This document shows, piece by piece, positions 27,372 to 64,000 of a stretch of 64,000 nt of DNA. The notes beneath the pieces were generated by a model. It was given only the letters and a program-made list of their open reading frames with translations. It was not told where the DNA came from and did no database searches. Source of the stretch: Paraspadella gotoi (taxonomy: Eukaryota; Animalia; Chaetognatha); contig CM119264.1 in assembly GCA_051294375.1 (NCBI GenBank), positions 21,246,645 through 21,310,644 of the forward strand. The letters run 5' to 3'. Position numbers and translations under genes: made by a program. Numbering within the stretch: position 1 is the first letter of the stretch; the number at the start of each line of letters is the position of its first letter.

Positions 27372-28212
27372 TCATCGGACTTGAACCCCGAAATCCTCTT
27401 CTCCCTCCCTCTCCTCTCTCTCGTTCTCGAAAGTGACGACCCTGTCCGCACCTCCGCCCGCTCCACCTCCTCCTTCGTATTTAACCTTACGCCACGCCCT
27501 CTCCGCCGCCTTCCGCAACCTCATCACCTCCGCCCTCAGCGTCGACCGAAACAACTCCGACGCCCAACAAAAGACGAAGAACTTGAGCGGCGGCTCCAGC
27601 GATTGCAGCACCGCCTGGAGGAAAATCAGGCGGTGTCTGAGAAGTGGGTTGCGGTATTCGAAGGAGCAGACGGAGCCGATCCTCAGCTGGGTGCAGAAGT
27701 AAGTCATGCAGACAATGTAGAAATACGCGAGCGACTCGAAGATCATGAGGACAGCGACGACGATGAGCGCGGATGTGATCATCCCCGTCACAGCCGTCGC
27801 CGGGTCGTCGGTGGTGTAGGCGACGCCGCCGCCAGAGCGGAGGCGGGTCAAGGCGTCGAGAATGCGGATCTGACGGGGAGAAGGTTGAGGAGTGGGAAGC
27901 GGGGACAAGACCGAGCAGAGGGGAAGAGAAAAGGGAAAAAAGATATCATTTCTCTTAAACGGTAAATTCTAATAAAAATTTATCTAAGTTACTTATGTAC
28001 AGAACTTTAGGAAGCCAGACGTACAGAAAATCGGACAAAAATTAAACGGAAAATGGACCCAAAGTGGACGATTAAACTTCTTTCTCAAGAGAGAATGATG
28101 TCGCTGAAAGAATCGTAAAGACATTCGACACCACACTGAATCCTTTTTCTTCATATTTCATCTGTCACATTCGTCACATCTGTCACATTCTCTATCTCCC
28201 TTTCTTTTTCTT

Positions 28213-28270
<58 letters not shown>

Positions 28271-28290
28271 CTCTCTCTCTCTCTCTCTTC

Positions 28291-28330
<40 letters not shown>

Positions 28331-29512
28331 AAACGATTCCGACTGCGACTATAGCTGAAGAAGACGAGGAAGAGCGCGATGGGGAAGAAGAAGCGGAAAA
28401 TGATGGTGATGACGTCGAAATAGATGGACTTGAAGTCGAGCACAGCTTCGTAACTCGTGTGAGTCTGATTGAAAAAAGGATCGAAGCACTTCGAACTCTC
28501 AAGCCTGAAATACAGTGAAAGAAGAACAGAACTTGAGACAATTTACAATCATCATATTAATATAAATAACATTAGTACTCATTAAATAAACAATAATAAT
28601 AATTCCCCGAATTAAAGTGCAAGCGTTTTCGTGATCAACAACGGCCCTACATACCTCCACGAGTTGGGGCCCGAATCGTTGATGATCAAGATGTATGGCA
28701 GGCAGCAGAAGACAGTGACGACGGCGTCGCCAAAGATGAGAGCGACGAGCCTCTTATGCTTCGTCCGCGACGCTGGTTCAAGGAAGTCCGGGCGGAACCG
28801 GTGGACCAAGAGGGTGAGGTACACCAACTTCTTCAAAAAGTAAAAGAGGCTTCCGACGATATAGGCATACATACTAAAGGTACCCGACAGGACGACGAGA
28901 CTCGTAAAGCGAGAGAGCATTCTCGTGAATTCCGCACCGCATATGATCACGAACAGCACCTGAATTTAGGAAAACTAATCTTACCCACTTAAAAATAATA
29001 TTTTGTTAATGTTATGAAGTTCAATTTGTGAAAGTCTTCCATCAAAACTTTTCATACTTCACATGAAAATCGTAAACTGGCAATTATAGTAACAGCCTGT
29101 TGCCTGTGATGCCAATTGGGTGGGGCATCTCACTGTTGGTTTTAGGGGCTTCTGACCCTCATATCAGTTGCGCTGCCTGCCACTGATTTTCGCGCCTCAC
29201 CTTTGTCGATTTATCACAAGGAAGCTTTAACACGATGTGCGCAGAGAGGAAAGCTGTGAGTCCGAAGAATAAGGCAAAGTAGTACCACACAGTAAACTGA
29301 GTAAGAAAAAAGGTTCGTAAAAGAAAAAGAAATTATGGTTCATCTTTATAAATATATTAGAAAAACAATAATACCCTGTTATATTCTGCCAAGGCTTGTG
29401 GGATCAACTCCGGTCGATGTCGAAACGCCAAGTGACCGGTTAGCATGCAATGCGTCAAGTTGCTGTTGTAGAGTGGCAGTTCGAATTCGCTCCAGCTGCT
29501 GTTGATCGACAT
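27372..29512 (-). CDS. Orphan rhodopsin-like (class A) 7TM GPCR, peptide-receptor/Srw-like, with an apparent frameshift in exon 4
   Basis: Exons 29375-29512, 29201-29296, 28655-28959, 28328-28504, 27372-27869. Seven hydrophobic segments; N-terminal NxS/T sequons; HRF at the DRY position; TM4 LPY; TM5 FRFFFP; TM6 IFES; TM7/helix 8 FFVFCWASELFR. The summed length of 1214 nt is 2 nt more than a multiple of 3. Confidence 0.82.
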
Positions 29513-29517
29513 TTTCG

Positions 29518-29617
<100 letters not shown>

Positions 29618-30775
29618 TGATCTCAAAATAACACTGAGAAATATTCGCTGAAGTCAAGGATGGTGTTTCTTTCGTTTCTCGATATATTTCGTCCTCAAAG
29701 GATCGCCTCTGTAGTTATTCGATTAGTTTTAAAATGCCAACTTCAGTTTCAAAAGCTCTGGGAGCCGTCACAATTTGGACGTTTAATTTTCGATTTTTTC
29801 GTCAATTTCATAGAATTCTTTTGTGACTAATTTTTTGTAATTCTTTTAATATTAGACTGTTTATCGAGGTTTGTTGTTGTTAATTTTTTTGTTACGAGGG
29901 TTAATTCTATAGTTTTTTCGAGAAAAACTTTCAGGAACGAATAAAAGGCTGCGTTTCGTGGCCCGGATTGAAAAGACGGCTGTTACTCCCACTTTCGACC
30001 ATTTCGCTGCTGCGGCGATGATAGGGATTAAGTACATACAGCACCAGACGCAGCTGTCTAATTATTTGTTTAATGCAAAAATAAAATTATTTTATTTCGT
30101 CAACGGCTAAGTTTTATCTTAGATCTGACCCAGGGGTGACTCAGCATTGTTATTGTTATCAGATGTGCTTCTACAGGATTAATGTTTAATGTGTTTAATG
30201 CAGTAATAAAGAACTCCAAGTTTCTTGATGATTCTCTTGACCCTTTGAGGCTGAGGACTCAGCGGGCGAGTTAACCTTAATTTCATTAGAACGGAGCGTA
30301 AAGGATCTTCGATTGATTAATGACCCTGTTAAACTTCAAGGTCATTTCAGTTGTGATTTCAAATGGTACATCTCACAGGGATCGTTTAGGTTTTCTTTCT
30401 TTATTCATATTAGATATTTCTGGGACACACAATTAATTTTAATGTTATGTTTTCTGTTTTTTATCGTAATTTCTGCTTTAAAATCGTTAAAAACAAACCA
30501 AATTTTAAAATTGTTTTATTATTTTTTTTTCGACGTCGATTTCCATGAGTCATGTTTCTATGATTAATTATCCTAATATGACCTATTTATCATTGTTACA
30601 TTTTTTTAGCCACTAGGAATGGATGAGAAAAAGTGTGACACGACTTTATTGTCGGCTCGGCCACACTTGAGAAGATTTTGATACTTGGTTCAAGCATTGT
30701 AAAACGTTACAACGGGATAACATGAATTTCCCTCAAACTCGTAAAAAAGTCTTCAAGTCCGTAATCCTTCGTCTT

Positions 30776-58230
<27,455 letters not shown>

Positions 58231-59794
58231 CTGGAGGGTTGAGTTGTGAAGGTTGAAGAGAGTCACATGGTTGTGATAACAATTCTAACTGGAATCGGGG
58301 ACGGGAAGGGCGAGTCGTGAGGTTGAAATAAATTCTCACATCGAGGAAAGGCGGAATTGTTGGCCTCCGAAATGAAACTTATAAATATTTGAATTTTTTA
58401 TTTCCTCAATTCTTTCTTGCAATTTTTAGACTCGGCGAAGCACCGCAATAAAACGATTACGTGGTTCGGTTGCTCGGTTGTTTGATCCATTTGTTTCAAA
58501 GGGATCCAATTTTTTCGCGTACAATGTGAGCATTTTTACAGTCGGTAACTTTGGAAAGTGTACTTATAAAAAGGTTTTTATTCGTACATTTAAATAATTG
58601 ATTTTTTAAAAATTTATTCTTTTTATTTCTTCGAAAGTTTTCTACATATTATGCAATATGCAATGCATATTATGCATGTATCATCATTATGACGATTTCC
58701 TTCTGACTACTAATGATGTACTCTGTTCGTATTCTGTTTGTAATCGTTGTGCACGGGGAGAAAAAGGATTGAAAAATGGAATGAAATATAAACATCAAAA
58801 AGAAAAGCAGAAGACGGAAAACAGCAGGCAATGCAGAAGAAGAACAGAGTCAGAGAACTACAAAATAATAAAAGAAAGAAAAGATCGAAGACTGAAACTG
58901 GAAAAAAGAAAGAGGAACCAAAGAAGCAAAAAAAGAAAGAAAAAAGAAGAAAGAGAAAAAAATGAAGAGGGGAGGAATAAGTAGGGAATTGAAAAGGAAA
59001 GGAAAAAAAAGAGAAGAGAAAAAAATGGAAGGAAAAGAAGGTGCCGGGAATCCGCGGGCCGAGATAATCCAAAACCCGATAACAAAAGAGGGGAAATTAT
59101 CGAAGGAAAAAAAAACGGTGTAAGTTCAAAAGGAGGATGGGAAACACTTTCCGCTATCGGAACATTAGCCGCTGGGAGGAGCGAGGGAATAGGGGAGAAG
59201 CGCGAGAGGAGGGAAGATCGCGGATCAAGCGCAGGATGAGAGATCACCCGCTACCGGTTATCGGGTGGTTGGTGGTCAGTTCTACATTCGATAATGTTTT
59301 GAAGGATGGTTGACAATTTTACTGCATTTTTGAGAGGAGAAAGTACGTTTGTATCGAAAACATTTTTTTCTTTAATTGACTGACTATAACAGGTTCCTGC
59401 CAGTATACTATGTTTTTGTCCGTGTATTCAGAATGCTTATTCTCATGCCATACGTCATGCATCGGGTTATATCCTCGCGCGAGTTTGAAACAATGAATAA
59501 AAAAATAGAATTTCGGAATTGGATTTCTTGTTTTCCTTTTTGTGTGTGTGTGTCTGTGTCTGGCGTCATTCTTGCCTCAACACCTTCTCCACCACTCTCT
59601 GCCCCACTCACTCCCACCACCGCCACCACCTCCTTCCACGATTTCCTCACTTTCGATCGATTTTCGATTTTTCCGCAAGAAATATAAAAAAAACTAAAAC
59701 CCTTTACGAAAATACTTTGTATTGTTTTCGGATTTTTTTTCGCTCTCTCCTCCTCTCTCTCTCTCTCATCTCTCTTCGTACGTCTCATCTCTCC

Positions 59795-59842
<48 letters not shown>

Positions 59843-60215
59843 GTCTGCGCGGCCGCGCGTTCATTGTTACGATTATGGGTTTCGTCGCGAAGGCAAAGGC
59901 GGTCTCCGTCGCTGTTCCGCGGTCGGCGCGGGAGTGAGGGGTTGGAGTTTTTCTTTTTCTTTCCTCCCTTTTCTTTCCTCCTTTCTTTTTTTCTTTCCTC
60001 CGTTCTTCCTTCTCTATCATCCCTCATCACGCGTCATTTGCTTCTCACGTCGGCGCCGAGATTTTCACCGAATGTTTCCATCTACTCTCTCGTTTTCGTT
60101 TCTCCTCTTAATACTTCTCTCGCTCTCTCTCGCACTGTCTTAAGTTTTATTATCATTTTAACGTTCTCTCTGTTATGTCTGTCTCTCAATACCCGCGCTC
60201 CCTCTATGTCCCCTC

Positions 60216-60246
<31 letters not shown>

Positions 60247-60263
60247 CTCTTCTTCCTCTCTCT

Positions 60264-60299
<36 letters not shown>

Positions 60300-60899
60300 C
60301 ACCCTCTCATCCTCATCTCTATCATTTTTAATCAGTGATTTTATTGTTCTGGTTGCTTTATGTCTCTTTTTACAGGTTTATGAATTCTCCTTAATATTCT
60401 TTTCTTTATTTTCTCAGTATTTTTTGTTCTTAATATATTTTCTATATTATTTTTAAATTGCCTTACTATTGACTTTCTACTTTTCCAACCTTCTCAGGTA
60501 CATATATTTGCGTTTTTACTTACTTAATATTTCAATCATTTTCTTACTTTCTCTCCTTATCTCTCTCATTTTCTTTCTCTCTGTCTCTGTTTCCCAAAAT
60601 GTCTTTATTACCTTGTCTCATAATGTTTTTGTTGCTTCCATCTCTCTTAATTTTCTTTCCCCTCATTTCCGATTCAGTTTCCTTCCTAATGTAATTCCCT
60701 TTTTGTTATTTTTGTCATTATTCATGGATTCAAGTCCTCCTCTCTCCGACGTTGAAATGTTTTTCAATGTCTCATTATCATCTTTCTCTTTATTTAAAAA
60801 AGAGGAATCGAGTTGTTCTTTCATCCGAATGGATTTTCGCTACGATTGAGTCAGATTTGGCGATTGTCCAATAGCGTTTCACGGAAGACAACACTCTTC

Positions 60900-60958
<59 letters not shown>

Positions 60959-60970
60959 CTCCATCCTAGG

Positions 60971-61885
60971 TAGGGCGTTTAAAAATAACAAAATATAACA
61001 AATCGAATAAGGTACATAGCTATTTTAGTGTAATCAAGTCGATAATCATTTTTTTGTATAGTTTCATATTCTTTGTCGAAAATGGCGATTTTTGCAGCAC
61101 ATAAGGTACTATTCAAATACAACAAACGTTGTAGAGTTTAAGAAACTCAAATTATTAAAATTTTATAAAAGCTATATTTAGCTGACATAATATGAAAATA
61201 AAGACCCATATAAATATTTCAGTAAGTTTATTTACAAATTTTATATTTTATTAACTGTTTGTTAAAAATAAAAAATAAGCTAAAATGAAAAAATTAAAAT
61301 TTTAAAATTTTAAAACCGGATTTGAATTCCATACAAAAAGTTTAACAAATTCTTTCATTAAGCTGGTTAAAAAGGTTAAAAACTATTTTTTTTTAATTTT
61401 TGGCTTAAATTTATAGTTTTTAAAAATTTTTACCAACTTAATGACATAATTTTGAAATAAAAATATATTTTCTTATATCAACTTTTTGCAAGGAATACAA
61501 ATCCATGAATAAAATTTTGAAATTATTATTTTTTAACTTTAACCTAATTTTTACTCATAGTTATTATTAAATATAGTTAACTCACTTTTTATAAAATATA
61601 AAATTTAGAAATAATCTTACCATAATATTTTTATAAGTCTTTATTTTTATATTTCAAAAGCTCATGTAAATTTTATAAAATTTTAATAATTTGATTTATC
61701 ATAACTTATAATTGTTTTTCTTTTTTATCACAAATTTATATACATTAAAAATCTTCATTTTTGACAAGAAAGATAAAATAATACAAAAAAATGGTCATCA
61801 CCATCAAATTCTACAGACTTGTTTACACTAAAATAGCTATGTAACTTATTCGATTTGTTATATTTTGTTATTTTTAAACGCCCTA
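60971..61885. mobile_element. hAT-type foldback MITE related to 7539-8524
   Basis: Termini TAGGGCGTTTAAAAATAACAAAATATAACAAATCGAATAAG and its reverse complement. The interior aligns by eye to 7539-8524 in the opposite orientation. Confidence 0.88.
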
Positions 61886-64000
61886 GGTTGTTTTTTTTTA
61901 TAGAACTAATCTGCGTTGATAGGTGATTCGGAAGTCGTCATTCTTTTCTTCACGGGTTTTATTTTATAGATTTACATCTAGTTTAGTTATCTACATTAGT
62001 TATGATGGTTCTGTGTTAAAACTTGCTGGGGCTGACACGTCCTTGCTCTCGACCAATTCACAGAATATTTTCATGCAATATATGTAAGATAGGAGATTAA
62101 GCAATTATATGAAAACAATATAAAATAAAAAAGAAAAGCAATGAGATAAAACAAATTTGAAAAATAGACCGTGCAAGGAACGTAAGTCACGGCTCGAGTT
62201 AATTCCTTTAATGGCTGAAATTTTATCCTCTATTTTCCTTGCCCAAAGCCCAATGGGGCCCAAAGTCCAATGGGGCCTAATTGCTAATCGTCCTTCTTCG
62301 TCCACCTCCTATTTTTGTTCCTTCTCATCTTTGCCTCTTTTTCATTGGCGATGCGCAGAATCAAGATTCCACCTGTTCGTTTCTCATTGAATCTCCAAAA
62401 TTACGTGATTTAGACCATAGTTCTTTTTTGTGTAACCATTGTTTTTTCTTATCCTATTTTAATAACATTGCTTACAGACCGAGAGAAAGACAGATGGATA
62501 GTCAGACAGGTGCAGCCGTGACTAAAAATGATGTAAAGGAAGATGAGTGAAATTGAACAGAGGAAAAATGAATCCGTATGTCGTTGCAGACAAAAAGTCA
62601 TTTGATAGCATAAGACTATTTCAATTGAAATTCACGCAAAAAGAAGAAAGGGAGGGAAAGATCAAAAGTTAACGATCAAAAAAGTTAACAAACAAATGAA
62701 AATAATATAAGAAATAAAAGAAAAAAAAACAGTTCTGTTAATAACAGAAAACAAAAAAAGAAAAGAAAAGAAAAAAAAAGGTTTTTCCAAATTATTTGGG
62801 GAACGTGGTGGACGAAGAGAAAAACTCAGAAAACTGGAAAAGCAAAAAAAACCAAATGCGTGAGGGGCGACATCACGTCAATTCGAATTTTTATCAAAAA
62901 TGAGAGAGAGGGAGAGAGCAGGTGGCAGAGAGAGTGATAGGGAGTGAGTGGGAGAGGAAGAGGGAGAGGAAGAGAGAGCGAGTTGGAGAAAAAATATGAA
63001 GAGGAGATGTTTAGGATTAACGGAGAGTTGAAGAATAGAGGAAGAAAGAGATAGAGGAAAATCGACGAAGAGAGAAACATTAAATATCTTCGGATGGGAT
63101 CATATGACCGTCGAACGCAGTTTCATCTCTGCACCAAATTAAGACGATGATGTGATCCTCACTTTGTTAATAAATGACGTTCTATCATTTCTCTGTCGAG
63201 GTTCGTCGCTCAAATTTGGCAAAATACGAGGTGTTAACGTCACCAGAATTAATTTGGGATTTCGGCAATGATGAATTTTTGGTGGAGACGTCGTAAATTC
63301 CCCGCGCAATGTTTTTACGTGAATGTCGTCGTAAATGTCGTCGTGAGAGTCGTCATAAACATCGGCGTAAAGACGTCAGGGATGACAAACTCACGGGATG
63401 GGAATTTAATTCCCGTGTCTAAAGAAAAGGAAAACCACCGCATGACAATATAGAATAAAATCCTCGGAAAGGCGAGAAAAAAAAACAATAAGACAAAAAG
63501 CGCATCAATTCAATATCGCCTCGAAACCATAAAAAAATATCCAAGGAAGCCGCATGGATTCGTAAAAATCGCTGAACGATTCCGATTGAAAGATTCGTTG
63601 AAGCGTCTTTATCAGTTTTCAGTTTCCCTTCCTATTGAGTCTCTAAGGCTTTTACCGTGAGAGCATTCAACTCAGATGAACGACTCCTTGTGGAAAAACA
63701 AAGGAAATAAAAACTTTTTCTACTCTTTTTCAGGATCTTCCTCCAACTTTTCTACGACTCTTTTATCCCTTTTTTATATTTTCATTTTCCTACCATTTTG
63801 TTTTATTATTATTTATTTGTACCATCCTTCTTTATTTTTAAAAAAATGATTTCTTTCTTTTTTTTTCTTTTTCTTTTTCTCGCCTCTCCTATTTCCACTT
63901 CCAGGTTTTCTTTTTCTCCTTCCCCCCTCTTCATTCCTTGCAGGTGTAAGCGTCGAGAATCCGTCTCGCTTCATGTTAATGGAATTAACGCCAGCGAAGC

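Noticed and set aside
27342-27965. 207-aa plus-strand ORF
   Set aside because: Antisense shadow of the GC-rich last GPCR exon.
30215-30310. HDV-like or twister-like motif on the minus strand (GATCCTTT/AAAGGGTC stem, GAG-TCCTCAGC-CTC, TAACTCGC)
   Set aside because: It lacks the GG for HDV P1.1 and the catalytic C junction, and lacks the GA plus T1 strand needed for twister.
63944-64000. Plus-strand acceptor and possible exon at the window edge
   Set aside because: Only 57 nt are visible, there is no recognisable motif, and the frame cannot be determined.

Overview
AT-rich invertebrate-type animal genomic DNA with GT-AG introns, many (GA)n/(GAAA)n microsatellites and two N gaps. I assembled three spliced minus-strand genes by hand, checking splice phase at every junction. 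(1) 20937-8699: 15 exons, about 1736 aa, a secreted mosaic protein with a signal peptide, five F-type lectin domains, PAN/apple, trefoil, then a transglutaminase-like Cys/His domain with a four-cysteine kringle right after the His. (2) 29512-27372: a 5-exon orphan class A GPCR with an apparent 2-nt frameshift. (3) 58230 (5' end unresolved) to 30776: an Ig-superfamily type I membrane protein. Introns hold hAT and Tc1 elements and a Helentron/DINE-like element carrying foreign exon-like DNA. The main finding is a dispersed tRNA-Gly-headed repeat with a predicted type-P5 twister ribozyme (4 copies, 2 subfamilies, covariation in P2, P3, P4, P5 and pseudoknot T2). Its P1 stem is reduced to a palindromic hexamer, and two copies lie in tandem 417 nt apart in the sense of the host pre-mRNA, like a retrozyme. 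All calls come from reading the sequence by eye; no searches or folding programs were run.
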